Positions 40,841-50,945 of a DNA stretch of 64,000 nt are shown here, piece by piece. The stretch's first letter is position 1, and every line of letters starts with the position of its first letter. Where the stretch lies: the NCBI GenBank assembly GCA_041576165.1, contig JBFGLM010000016.1, positions 1 through 64,000 on the forward strand. The letters are read 5' to 3'. The notes below the pieces were generated by a model. It was given only the letters and a program-made list of their open reading frames with translations, was not told the DNA's origin and ran no database searches. The DNA is from Acidimicrobiia bacterium. Lineage in GTDB: Bacteria; Actinomycetota; Acidimicrobiia; Spongiisociales; Spongiisociaceae. Position numbers and translations under genes: made by a program.

Positions 40841-41506
40841 GTGCCCAGGATCGCGCTGATCATCGAATCCGAGCACAGGGCCCAGGCCGGGCACCTGGGT
40901 GATGCCGCCCAGGCCCGCGGTTTCGAGTTGGTTCGGATGCAGGTCGACGGTAATGCTGCGGCGTTCGACGATCTGCCGGATCCAGAGATTGTGATCGTGA
41001 CGGGATCTCACGAGCACTGGTGGGAGCGCGATGACCACCCTCATCTGCAACGCGAGCTGGCGTGGATCCAAGGCTGTATCGCTTCGCAGACCCCCATTCT
41101 GGGCGCTTGTTTCGGAGGTCAAGCGCTGGCACTGGCGCTGGGTGGGGAAGTCAAGCCGCTTGGATTCACCGAAATCGGCTGGGTGAAGCTCGAAACCACA
41201 CGCCCCGAGCTGATTCCGGCTGGGCCGTGGCTGGCTTGGCACTCGGACTACTTCGCGCTGCCCGACGGCGCCGAACCGCTCGCCCGCAACGACGTGTGCG
41301 TCCATGCCTTCCGGCATGGCCCGCACCTCGGGTTGCAGTTCCATCCCGAGGTAGGTCCGGACCTGCTGGGGCATTGGATCGACGAAGTCCCGGAGGGGAC
41401 CGACCCCGATCAGCTGATTGCCGACGCCCGCCGCCACGCCACAGCCGCCCGGGAGCGGGCATTTGATTTGTTCGACGTATTCCTCTCGTTGGGGCAGACA
41501 CAATGA
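40841..41506 (+). CDS. Type 1 glutamine amidotransferase
   Basis: LGACFGGQ, EIGW, QFHPE (Cys-His-Glu triad). Confidence 0.9.
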   Translation: MPRIALIIESEHRAQAGHLGDAAQARGFELVRMQVDGNAAAFDDLPDPEIVIVTGSHEHWWERDDHPHLQRELAWIQGCIASQTPILGACFGGQALALALGGEVKPLGFTEIGWVKLETTRPELIPAGPWLAWHSDYFALPDGAEPLARNDVCVHAFRHGPHLGLQFHPEVGPDLLGHWIDEVPEGTDPDQLIADARRHATAARERAFDLFDVFLSLGQTQ

Positions 41507-42237
41507 AACCAACGGTTGCAGTGACCCTGTGGCGGCGGACCGCCCCCACGTTCCTGTACGACCACACGGTCATGCATACCCTGGTGGACGACTATGCCGC
41601 CGCGCTGGCCCGCGCCGGCGCAGTGATGCTGCTGGTGGGACCGCTCGACGCTGCCGACGTGGGAGAGGTGCTCGACCGGGTGGATGGGCTCGTCGTCACC
41701 GGTGGCGGCGACTTCGAACCCGCTAGCTACGCCGCGGACAACACCCACTCGGTCAATATCGAGCCGGATGCCGACGCCCGTGATCTGGCCTTGGTGCAAG
41801 GCGCCCGGGAGCGTCGAATGCCGGTGCTCGGAATCTGCCGTGGAATGCAGGCCATCAACATCGCACTGGGCGGATCGCTACGCCAGGAGGTCAACGGGGA
41901 TTCGCACGATCATCCGTCCCTGGCCGATTCGCCGGATGAACGAAACGCCCATCGTCACCTGGTGTCATTCGACGACGGATGCCGGCTCTCCCGGATATAC
42001 GGGACCAGCGAACGCAAGGTCAACTCATTGCACCATCAGGGCTTGCATCGCATCGCCGATGGCATCCGGGTCGTGGGATCGACGGCCGACGGCAACCCCG
42101 AAGCTGTCGAATCAACGGACGGATCCTGGCCGGTGCTGGCCGTGCAATGGCATCCCGAGATGCTGGACGATCCGGTGGAGGACCGTTTGTTCGCGGCCTT
42201 CGTTGCAGACACTCGTGCGTACCGGGAGCGCGCCTAG
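41503..42237 (+). CDS. Gamma-glutamyl-gamma-aminobutyrate hydrolase family (peptidase C26)
   Basis: TGGGD, GICRGMQ, NSLHHQ, VQWHPE. Confidence 0.9.
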   Translation: MKPTVAVTLWRRTAPTFLYDHTVMHTLVDDYAAALARAGAVMLLVGPLDAADVGEVLDRVDGLVVTGGGDFEPASYAADNTHSVNIEPDADARDLALVQGARERRMPVLGICRGMQAINIALGGSLRQEVNGDSHDHPSLADSPDERNAHRHLVSFDDGCRLSRIYGTSERKVNSLHHQGLHRIADGIRVVGSTADGNPEAVESTDGSWPVLAVQWHPEMLDDPVEDRLFAAFVADTRAYRERA

Positions 42238-42261
42238 CACTCGCCGCTCAGCGGACCGCTG

Positions 42262-42849
42262 CTAGGCCGGCAACCTCACAAATTCGGCCCACCGGGTCGA
42301 CCATGGTCGCCTCCTGGGGTGAGCGGCCGGCTCGTCGACCGTCAACTCGAAGCCTGAGCCCAGCGAACCCGCCAGGTCGGAGGTTGACATGCCGAACGGG
42401 GGTCCTCCCTCCGAGAGCGGCCGGCCGAACGGAAACACGCACGAGGCGATCCGCCCGCCGGGTCGCAGCACCGTGGCCGCCCAGCTCCCGAACTCGGGCC
42501 GGCGGCGCAACGGGATGGCGCAGAAGAACGTGTGATCGAAGACGAGGTCGACGTCCTCCTCCGGCGCCCAATCTAGGGCGTCTGCAATCACCACCTGCCC
42601 CGCCGGGCCGACCGCATTGTGCAATCGGTCCGCTAGCCGGGCCACGAACTCGATCGCCGTGACCTGCCAGCCCGCTTGCGCCAGCGCTCGGGCATCATGC
42701 CCGGTCCCGGCCCCCGGGACCACCACCCGCCCCGGCGGGCCGAGCGCGGGCAGCCGGTCGACCAGCTCGGGATGGGCCCGGCCCAGGTCCCACGGAGTTG
42801 TACCGGCCGCATAGCGGGATCCCCAGTCGGTCGGAGTTGGATCAGGCAT
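42262..42849 (-). CDS. Thiopurine/halide S-methyltransferase-like SAM methyltransferase
   Basis: TPWDLG, VPGAGTGHD, DHTFFCAI, GPPF. Confidence 0.88.
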   Translation of the reverse strand: MPDPTPTDWGSRYAAGTTPWDLGRAHPELVDRLPALGPPGRVVVPGAGTGHDARALAQAGWQVTAIEFVARLADRLHNAVGPAGQVVIADALDWAPEEDVDLVFDHTFFCAIPLRRRPEFGSWAATVLRPGGRIASCVFPFGRPLSEGGPPFGMSTSDLAGSLGSGFELTVDEPAAHPRRRPWSTRWAEFVRLPA

Positions 42850-42924
42850 CGCGCGATCGTATCGGCTGTGGGCCAGACCACCCACCGGCTACATTGCCGC
42901 CGAAACGAGAATAGGGAGTCGAGC

Positions 42925-43773
42925 GTGCAGAAACTGGGAATCGTCGGCGTAGGACAGATGGGCGCCGGTATCGCCGAGGTGGCGGCCAAAGCCGGCGTCG
43001 ACGTCGTCGCCCGCGAGATCGACGCGGATCTGCTCGGCAAGGCCCAAGCCCGAATCGAAAAATCGCTACGTCGCGCCGTCGAGCGAGGAAAGCTCGACGA
43101 AGCTGGGATGGAATCGGCTCTCGGAGGAATCGACTTCACGACCGATCTCGCGGCCATGGCCGACCGGGAGCTGATCGTCGAGGCTGCCACCGAGAACGAG
43201 GATCTGAAGCTGTCGATCTTCTCGGACCTCGATCGCATCGCCCTCGACGGCGCAATCCTGGCCTCTAACACGTCGTCATTACCGATCACCCGTCTGGCCC
43301 GGGCCACCCGCCGGCCTGAGCACGTGGTCGGCATGCATTTCTTCAACCCAGTGCCGGTGATGGGGTTGATGGAGCTCGTCACGACTGTTCTGACTTCCGA
43401 CGAAACCCGGAACCGAGCCCGGGCGTTCGCCGAGGAGAAGATGGGAAAGACCGTCATCGACGCCAAGGACCGGGCCGGATTCATCGTCAACATGCTGCTC
43501 GTCCCGTACATGACCGAGGCGATGCGTATGTACGAAGAGGGCTTCGCGTCGGCGGAGGACATCGATGCCGGAATGCGGCTGGGCGCCAACCACCCGATGG
43601 GACCGCTCGAGCTGGCCGATTTCATCGGCCTGGACACAATGAAGTTCGTCGCCGATGTGCTCTTCGATGAATTCAAAAAGCCGCAGTACGCTCCGCCGCC
43701 GCTGCTGGTGCGCATGGTGGAAGCCGGGTTGCTCGGACGGAAGACCGGCCGCGGATTCTACGAGTACTCCTGA
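42925..43773 (+). CDS. 3-hydroxybutyryl-CoA dehydrogenase
   Basis: GVGQMGAGIA, EAATE, ASNTSS, GMHFFNPVP, HPMGPL. Confidence 0.94.
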   Translation: MQKLGIVGVGQMGAGIAEVAAKAGVDVVAREIDADLLGKAQARIEKSLRRAVERGKLDEAGMESALGGIDFTTDLAAMADRELIVEAATENEDLKLSIFSDLDRIALDGAILASNTSSLPITRLARATRRPEHVVGMHFFNPVPVMGLMELVTTVLTSDETRNRARAFAEEKMGKTVIDAKDRAGFIVNMLLVPYMTEAMRMYEEGFASAEDIDAGMRLGANHPMGPLELADFIGLDTMKFVADVLFDEFKKPQYAPPPLLVRMVEAGLLGRKTGRGFYEYS

Positions 43774-44007
43774 TCCGGCCACGACGCTCGTGGACCCAGC
43801 AACACAACGGCCCGCTTGGGTGGCTCGACGGTCACGCGGAGCGGCAGATGCGCGCGGTCGTGGCCGGCGTGGGTAAGGTGTTCGCCAGTTAGGTGTAGGC
43901 AGCGTCCTCCTAGTGGCGGAACCACCGCCTCGGCGGAGCGGCGGACGGCGGGCAGTTGATCCAGAAAGTGGGGATCAAGCCCGGCAGCCTACGAAGGAGC
44001 CGAAGGC

Positions 44008-44262
44008 ATGGCCAAGAAACTGTTTGTGGGAAACATCTCGTTCGCGACGACCTCGGAGGACTTGCGCGACATGTTCGCCCCACATGGTGAAGTGACGGAC
44101 GCAGTCGTGATCCAGGATCGGGCCACCGGGCGCTCGCGGGGATTCGGCTTCGTCGAGATGGCCAATGAGGAAGCGGCCAACGCGGCGATCGAGGCCCTGA
44201 ACGGCGCCAACGTCGGTGGCCGGGATCTCACGGTCAACGTGGCCCGCGAGCGAACCCGCTGA
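44008..44262 (+). CDS. RRM (RNP-1) RNA-binding protein
   Basis: KLFVGNI (RNP2) and RGFGFVEM (RNP1); AAGGAG SD. Confidence 0.95.
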   Translation: MAKKLFVGNISFATTSEDLRDMFAPHGEVTDAVVIQDRATGRSRGFGFVEMANEEAANAAIEALNGANVGGRDLTVNVARERTR

Positions 44263-44356
44263 GCAGCGGCCGCGCGCTTCCGGCCCTCGGTTAGGCCACC
44301 AGAGCTCCAAGTATCTAGCGTCGGCGACCATGGCGCACCTGGCGTGGAGGTGACTG

Positions 44357-45124
44357 TTGCGCGGGCTGACGGGCAAGGTAGCCATAGTGACCGGCGGCGG
44401 TGGCGGGATCGGGTCGGCCGTGTGCCGGCGTCTGGGTGAGCAAGGCGCTCATGTCGCTGTTTTAGACCTGGACACTGACACCGCTATGCGAGTGGCGGCC
44501 GAGGTGGCCGGTATGGGAGTCCAGACTGTGCCGATCGAATGCGACATCGCTGACTATCGAGCGGTTGAGCAGGCCGTGGCAGATGCCGTCACGACGCTGG
44601 GCCCGATCGACATCCTCATCAACAACGCGGGCTGGGACGTGTTCAAGCCGTTCGTCTCGACCGAACCGCACGAATGGGATCGGTTGATTCAAATCAACCT
44701 GATCGGCGCTCTGAACACGCACCACGTCGTGTTGCCGTTGCTGGTCGAGCACGGAGGCGGCCGCATAGTCAATGTTGCGTCCGACGCCGCCCGGGTGGGC
44801 TCTTCGGGTGAGGCCGTGTATGCAGCGTGCAAGGCCGGAGTCGTCGGCTTGTCCAAGACCCTGGCGCGAGAACACGCCCGGCACAACATCACGATCAACG
44901 TCGTCTGTCCCGGGCCGACCGACACAGCCCTGTTCGCCACCGTACGGGAAGGTGCTGCCAATCCCGAGAAGCTCGAGGCGGCGTTTCGGCGGGCCATTCC
45001 GATGGGGCGGATCGGCCATCCTGGGGACCTGCCGGGGGCGATCTGTTTCCTCGCCAGCGACGATGCCGCGTACATCACCGGCCAGGTCCTGAGTGTGTCG
45101 GGCGGCCTCACCATGTCCGGATGA
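44357..45124 (+). CDS. badH: SDR, 2-hydroxycyclohexanecarboxyl-CoA dehydrogenase (BadH)-like
   Basis: NNAGWD, ASDAARVGSSGEAVYAACK, CPGPTDT, QVLSVSGGLTM. Confidence 0.75.
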   Translation: MRGLTGKVAIVTGGGGGIGSAVCRRLGEQGAHVAVLDLDTDTAMRVAAEVAGMGVQTVPIECDIADYRAVEQAVADAVTTLGPIDILINNAGWDVFKPFVSTEPHEWDRLIQINLIGALNTHHVVLPLLVEHGGGRIVNVASDAARVGSSGEAVYAACKAGVVGLSKTLAREHARHNITINVVCPGPTDTALFATVREGAANPEKLEAAFRRAIPMGRIGHPGDLPGAICFLASDDAAYITGQVLSVSGGLTMSG

Positions 45125-45225
45125 ACGCGGAAGTGTGACCGGACGGTGCGCACGTTTGGCGCCCGGCTCTCCGGCCACCCTGGGCAACCGCTCAGGCCCG
45201 TCCGCAAAGGAGCCGATGCAACAGG

Positions 45226-46080
45226 ATGCAGGCCGAGTCCTCCCTTCTGCGCTCTCTCGAGGACGGGCCGCCGGCCGCCGTACTGATGGTGGCGATCGCT
45301 GCTGCGCTGCTCGTGGCGATCATCGACGGCGTCACCGGGCCGGATGTCTCCTTTTCGTTCTTCTACGTCATGCCGGTGGCCATCGTGGCCTGGCGCTTCC
45401 TCCGAGCCGGAGCGGTGGCGGCCGCCACGTTTGCCTCGGCCATCTGGTTGGGGATCGACCTCGCGACCGGGCCGGTCCGGCCACTGGCGATTCCGCTGTG
45501 GAACACGCTGATCAGGGGGGCGTTCTTCGTGACGATCGGCGTGTTGCTCGTGGGTCTGCGCCAAGCACTGATCCGCGAGCGCGATCTGGCCAGGTTCGAC
45601 GCATTGACCGGTCTCGCCAATCGGCGGACATTTGTCGATGTCGCCGGTGGGGAACTCGCCCGAGCCGACCGGACCGCGGAACCGGTCACGATTGCGCTGA
45701 TCGATCTCGACGAGTTCAAAGCGATCAACGACTCCGCTGGACACGGCAGCGGCGACGCCGCACTGAGGTCGGTGGCGAGAACGATCGAGTCCTCGGTACG
45801 TCGCCACGACCTGGCAGCCCGATTGGGCGGGGACGAGTTCGCGCTGTTAGTGACGGGCAGCGGTATCGAAGCTCGTGCCGTGCTCGAGCGGATCTGCGAG
45901 CGGGTGGGGTGGATCGAAATTGCCGAGCGGCCGCTGGGCTGCTCGATCGGGGCAAGCACAGTGACGGGAGGATCGCTCGATGATGCCCTGGCCGCTGCAG
46001 ACCGCGCTCTGTATCGGGCAAAACGACGCGGCAAGGGCCAAGTCGAGATCGTTGACGCTCCCGATCGGGCGGTCAGCTGA
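45226..46080 (+). CDS. Membrane-bound diguanylate cyclase
   Basis: N-terminal TM segments; DALTGLANRR, DLDEFKAIND, RRHD I-site, GGDEF. Confidence 0.93.
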   Translation: MQAESSLLRSLEDGPPAAVLMVAIAAALLVAIIDGVTGPDVSFSFFYVMPVAIVAWRFLRAGAVAAATFASAIWLGIDLATGPVRPLAIPLWNTLIRGAFFVTIGVLLVGLRQALIRERDLARFDALTGLANRRTFVDVAGGELARADRTAEPVTIALIDLDEFKAINDSAGHGSGDAALRSVARTIESSVRRHDLAARLGGDEFALLVTGSGIEARAVLERICERVGWIEIAERPLGCSIGASTVTGGSLDDALAAADRALYRAKRRGKGQVEIVDAPDRAVS

Positions 46081-46100
46081 GGCGCTTCGCCCGCCGCCCG

Positions 46101-46373
46101 CTAGTCCTGCCGGTACTCATCGAGGTACCGACCGGCCTTGCGCTCTTCGAGGTGGCGACCATCCATGAAGTAGGCCAGTGCGTGAAACGCCGGCGCGAAT
46201 CCTCAGGCCGCCGTGATCCAGAAGGCTCAGATGCCGCCCGGTCCCATCGCATTCAGGATCCAGAAGAAGGCACTGATGATCACGAAGGCCCCAGCGTGCC
46301 ACATCAATCCGGGGAGATTGTGTGCCCGCCTCAGCGCAAGCTGTTCGGGGCTCGGGGTTTGCGTTGATGCCAC
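46101..46373 (-). pseudogene. 2TM-domain membrane protein interrupted by two in-frame TGA codons
   Basis: AAGGAG-GTG start; ...WHAGAFVIISAFFWILNAMGPGGI*AFWITAA*GFAPAFHALAYFMDGRHLEERKA...; TGA at 46227-46229 and 46203-46205. Confidence 0.75.
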
Positions 46374-46510
46374 GAACAACTCCTTTGCATCGTTCCTCCA
46401 GTGTCGGCAAGCCTGCGAGGACGCGGTAGGTCCTTGGTCGTGTCGGGTGTGGGATGAAGTACCACGACCTTCGGCTCTAGTGGAGGTCCCGCAAGGCTGA
46501 GAGACTCGAG

Positions 46511-47302
46511 ATGAGCCGGGAGTCGTCAGTGGCTGCACGTCTGGTTCTGACCGGAGTCCTGATCCTCAGCCTGGTGTCGTGCCGGCCGGGCGTTGGAGAT
46601 CGCACGGCAACCACGAGTTCCGTCGTGCCGTCGACGACTACCTCAATCGAGGTGGCTGCCGCGCCCCCGACCGAGCCCATGACACAGCCGCGCGCCACAC
46701 CGACAACAGCGACAACAAACACCACGGCTGTCCCACCCTGCACAACGACGACATCCAGCACAGCACCAACAACGACTACCACGCAGGCCCCGGCTGCACC
46801 CGCTCTGGTGCTGCGCCACGACGGTCTCGGGTTGGTTTCCTTTGGCGAGTCGGTCGCCTCGGTAATGGCGGACCTGACGGAAGTGTTGGGCCCGCCGGAC
46901 TGGGAGGAGATCCAGATCTCGGCAGATCTCGACTTCAGCGCGGCCTGGGGGCCGGACGGCGACGAGTTCCTCTACTTACAGTTCACCTACTGGGGTTACT
47001 TCGACGCTGCCCCTCCGCCCCCAGGACCGATGCCCGAAGGGCCGGTGCTCCATTACTACCTGACCAAGTCAGACGCCCTCGCAACGGAAGCCGGGATCAC
47101 CGTCGGATCGAATGTGGCCGATCTCGTGGCCGCCTACCCCAACGTGCACTTCGATCTCGGCTGCGCGGAAAACGAGTTCATGCTCGACCCGACAACTGGG
47201 TGGCTGCGGCTGCCGATGTGGGGACTGCTGGATGGTGAAGCGGACAACTCGGCCACCCGCATCGTCTACATCGGCGCCGGCTGGGACCGGTCTCCCTGCT
47301 GA
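46511..47302 (+). CDS. Hypothetical lipoprotein with Thr-rich linker
   Basis: LSLVSC lipobox; Thr/Pro-rich stalk; DGLGLVSFG and TEAGITVGS segments. Confidence 0.75.
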   Translation: MSRESSVAARLVLTGVLILSLVSCRPGVGDRTATTSSVVPSTTTSIEVAAAPPTEPMTQPRATPTTATTNTTAVPPCTTTTSSTAPTTTTTQAPAAPALVLRHDGLGLVSFGESVASVMADLTEVLGPPDWEEIQISADLDFSAAWGPDGDEFLYLQFTYWGYFDAAPPPPGPMPEGPVLHYYLTKSDALATEAGITVGSNVADLVAAYPNVHFDLGCAENEFMLDPTTGWLRLPMWGLLDGEADNSATRIVYIGAGWDRSPC

Positions 47303-47328
47303 CGCCGGGCGCATGCCCGGGGACATGC

Positions 47329-48315
47329 TCAAGAAACTGGGACATACCCGCTCGCCTCAACTACGGCGCGGCCCTGATCGGTGCTCAGCCAGTCGCGCAG
47401 TAGGCGGGCGGTGTCATCGGGCGGGGTCGACGCCCGGAGAACCCCATACACCTCTGTGATGAGCGGGTATTCCCCGGATCTGATCGTAGACGAGTCGGGC
47501 TCAACACCCTGGATCCGTACTAGGCGGATCTCGTCGTTGGCCAGCATCTCGGTTGCGAAGAAATAGACCGAAAAGCCGATGCCATCAACATCCCGACTGA
47601 TGGCATCGAATGGGGCCATCATGGAGGGGAGCATCATGTTCGGCGCGTCGATCATCGGGATGTCGCCCATCACGAGGCTCTTCATGAGCACCTGGCTTCC
47701 AGAGGTTTCATTACGTTGGTACGGCTGAATGGGCCGGTCCCCGCCGCCCAGCTCTGCCCAGGTCGTTATCGATCCTGAGAAGATTCCCCGGATCTGGTCT
47801 AGGTCCAACTCCTCGACCGAGTTGGCCTCATTGACAAGGAAGACGAAGCCGTCCAGCGCGACCGGAGCGATCTCGAACTCAACGTCATTGGTCGCTGCCA
47901 GGTCGAGCTCGTCGTCGGACGGCAGCCGGGCGGTCAAGATCAGGTCGGCCCTACCCTCCGCCAGGGCCACGTACGAACCATGAGTCCCGGACGATGGGAC
48001 GACTTCTCGGAACACGTCAGACAGCGCGTCGTCGGACGCGAGGACATGGCGTGACCCGTCCATGAACGTCTCCCACCCGCAGGCGACATCGAGAAGGGCA
48101 CAACCGATGAACATCCGCACCGGCAACGTCGAGGTGGACCCATTCATCACGGGAATGTCCGCCGCGATCCGCTCGGCCAGAACATCCTCGCCCCCGGCAT
48201 CGTCCAGTCCTCCCCCACACGCGGCGACCGTCAACACGGCAGCCATGAGCCACGCGACCGCTCGGATGGCGCCTCCTCTCGTCAGGCAGGCCATTCTGGA
48301 CGCCGCGGTGCGCAA
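47329..48315 (-). CDS. PstS-like (PBP2) substrate-binding lipoprotein
   Basis: VAAC lipobox; GSTST, ALDGFVFLVN, IFSGSITTWAELGG, YQRNETSGSQ. Confidence 0.85.
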   Translation of the reverse strand: MRTAASRMACLTRGGAIRAVAWLMAAVLTVAACGGGLDDAGGEDVLAERIAADIPVMNGSTSTLPVRMFIGCALLDVACGWETFMDGSRHVLASDDALSDVFREVVPSSGTHGSYVALAEGRADLILTARLPSDDELDLAATNDVEFEIAPVALDGFVFLVNEANSVEELDLDQIRGIFSGSITTWAELGGGDRPIQPYQRNETSGSQVLMKSLVMGDIPMIDAPNMMLPSMMAPFDAISRDVDGIGFSVYFFATEMLANDEIRLVRIQGVEPDSSTIRSGEYPLITEVYGVLRASTPPDDTARLLRDWLSTDQGRAVVEASGYVPVS

Positions 48316-48428
48316 CCTGGACTTCGAGGCTCCGTCCCCGACGGCCGAGCGTGATAATGGGTGACCCGGTGGGCCCGCCCTCGGTACGCTCGCGCAGCCT
48401 GACGACAGCAGCCAACCGGGAGATCGAA

Positions 48429-49271
48429 ATGAAGTTCGGGTATTTCGGTTTGCACAAGGGACCGGGGATCGAACCCGACACGCTTGCCCGCCGGGCCCGA
48501 GCCGCCGAGGAAGCAGGCTTCGAGTCGCTCTGGGTCGGCGACCACATTGCCCTGCCGCGGGATATGCCCGGCGCCACCGAACCGCGTCTCGAAGCCCTCG
48601 CCGCGCTGACCTATCTTGCCGCCACCACCTCTTCGGTGCGCCTGGCGGCTGGGGTTCTGGTGGTCCCGCAGCGGCACCCGGTGCTCCTCTCCAAGCAACT
48701 AGCCTCGCTCGATGTGCTGTCGCGGGGGCGGCTGATCGTTGGCGTCGGCGTGGGCCATGTCGAGGCCGAACTCGCAGCGCTTGGGGTTCGGATGGCCGAG
48801 CGCGGTCGTCGGACCGACGAATACCTGGCGAAGATGGTGCAGCTCTGGACTAGGCCAACCGAGGTCGACAGTGCAGCGGATGGCAACCGCGTGGTTCAGC
48901 ACCCGGGACCCATCCAAGTCCCGCATCCACCGATCGTGGTAGGAGGCCATTCTGTAGCTGCACTGGCTCGAGCCACCCGGATGGCCACGGGTTGGTTCGG
49001 GTGGCTCACACCCATCGACGAGACTCGGGACCTGATCCAGCGGCTCGAGGATCTGGCGGGATCCGGGAGACGTCCACACACTCTCGGATCCCTCGAGATC
49101 ACCGTTGCCGCCCCTGGTGAGGTCACGCTCGACACCGTGGCGGAATACCAGCTCATCGGCGTCGATCGCATCGTCGTCGGTCCCGACACGGGCGAGGGCG
49201 ACGAACCAGACCGCTTCATAGAGAACTTCGAACGCAGCGTGATCGCACACCAGCCAGACCCCGATGGGTGA
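48429..49271 (+). CDS. LLM-class (probably F420-dependent) oxidoreductase
   Basis: GFESLWVGDH, LDVLSRGRL, PPIVVGG. Confidence 0.9.
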   Translation: MKFGYFGLHKGPGIEPDTLARRARAAEEAGFESLWVGDHIALPRDMPGATEPRLEALAALTYLAATTSSVRLAAGVLVVPQRHPVLLSKQLASLDVLSRGRLIVGVGVGHVEAELAALGVRMAERGRRTDEYLAKMVQLWTRPTEVDSAADGNRVVQHPGPIQVPHPPIVVGGHSVAALARATRMATGWFGWLTPIDETRDLIQRLEDLAGSGRRPHTLGSLEITVAAPGEVTLDTVAEYQLIGVDRIVVGPDTGEGDEPDRFIENFERSVIAHQPDPDG

Positions 49272-49540
49272 CTCGCGATGGGCACTCGCAACGCCAGCAT
49301 GACCCCGCCGGCGGAGGGCGTGGTTGACATGGGCGCCTACGGCACCGGCAAAACCCCGGTCGTCGAGAGATGGTCGACTTGGTTGAGAGGGCGCAGATCC
49401 CTATGCGCGATCGGGCTGGCAGCGCGAGACATCCTCGCCTGGCTCGGCTGGATCGAACGCTAGCGGCCGGGCGGAGTCCAGCTCGCCGCCAACCCGTCAG
49501 GCGCCAGCGGTGTATCACGGGCAGCCAGCAAAACGAGCAA

Positions 49541-50037
49541 GTAACGAGGGCCGGAGTATTCGCAGTCGCTCTAGTGGTGGTATCGGCTGCCCTGAATGCC
49601 GGAAACGCCTTCGCCAAAGTGGACCTGGTCGGTGCGAGCATCGTGGGCCCGCGACTCAGCAGCGGCCTCCAGATCGAGGCCCCCCCTCGCGGGGCATGGG
49701 GGAATCTGGGATTGACATCGCCGGTGTCCTGGACGACGCCTCGGCCGCCTCGCTCGAGGAGCTGGGGCTCGACGCTCTCGACCTGGGCCCCCGGTACCTC
49801 GTCACCTACTGGTTCACCGGAAGCGACGTCGTCCGACGGGCCATGTACCCGTACGCCCGGGGCGGGCCGGTCACCCACACCCCACCCGGCCAAGAGTTGA
49901 CGAGACTCTTGAGCGACGGCGACACATCACCCGTTACCACCGGTTGGTACCAGACCTCCGCCGGCTTCTTCCGGTACCTCGTGGAGGTGGGCCTGCCCCA
50001 CCGGATGCGATCGATGACCCAGCCGGCGGTCTGGTGA
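49541..50037 (+). pseudogene. Secreted hypothetical protein frameshifted at a C7 tract
   Basis: A signal peptide (...VFAVALVVVSAALNAGNAFAK) lies in one frame and the body (LGPRYLVTY...YPYARGGP...GW) in another; C7 run at 49680-49686. Confidence 0.55.
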
Positions 50038-50123
50038 TGAGAGGGCCTCGATCTCGAGCAGTAGGCGGTGATTGTCATGGCATCCGAGATCGACGGATTC
50101 TTCCAAGGTCGTCCGGAGCCTCG

Positions 50124-50945
50124 CTACTCGAGGAAGTCGACCAGGTCCAGCCCGGTCGCCAGCCCGTCCATGATCTCCCGATCACCGAGAGGCTGGGGCA
50201 GCTCGACGGTGACAGACTGCTCGGGGTTGCTCGGACAAGACTGGTCCCCGGGCAGCGGTCGAGCCGCAAATGCGATGAGCACTTGCCTGCCTGTCACAAC
50301 GACTTCGGGACCCAGCATGCGGTCGTCCATCGGTAGTCCGCTGGCGCAGTCCTACTCCGTGACCAACACCGGGATCGAGGTGCTTTCGGGGCTGAGCGGC
50401 GGCCCAGCGGGGTCGATCCGCCATTCGACGACGCCGAGACCCGCAGGCAGTAGCGTCTGCAGGGGGCAGGGACCACCGGATGACGCTCCGGCCCGCCGCC
50501 AAGAGCCGTTCTGCGATTCAAGATTCATGAACGAGACGCCCCCGGTCGCGGAATCGTGGTGAACGATCAGTACCGTCTGTTCGGTTGCGTGCAGGACCCG
50601 CCAGCCATCCTGGGGCCAGAATTGACCCTCCTCGTTGCCGAGGAAGCTTTGCACGGCGTCCTCGAGACCCGGCAGCTCGGCATCATCGATCGGCAGCACT
50701 TCCTCCAGCGCAGCGGCTGGGAATGAAGGGCCGGCCCGACAGCCAACGGTGACATCTGGCGACAAGCCGCCGTCGACATCGGGCATGACGATGACGTGCA
50801 GATCAGCATCCGATTCGACAGGCACATCGGCGCTCTCGGCGGCCGTCGCCCGACTACCGCCTACCTCACCGACCGGGCCCCCACACGCCGCCAGCAACAG
50901 GACCATGGCGCCGACCACCGATGCGATTCGAATCCTCACGAGCAC
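50124..50945 (-). pseudogene. Lipoprotein with a single in-frame TAG
   Basis: LAAC lipobox. ORFs 50352-50945 and 50124-50330 share one frame: ...VLVTE*DCASGLPMDDR...CPSNP. Confidence 0.7.

Noticed and set aside
49278-49463. 61-aa ORF containing DMGAYG
   Set aside because: Short, with no SD or other support; may be a fragment or chance.
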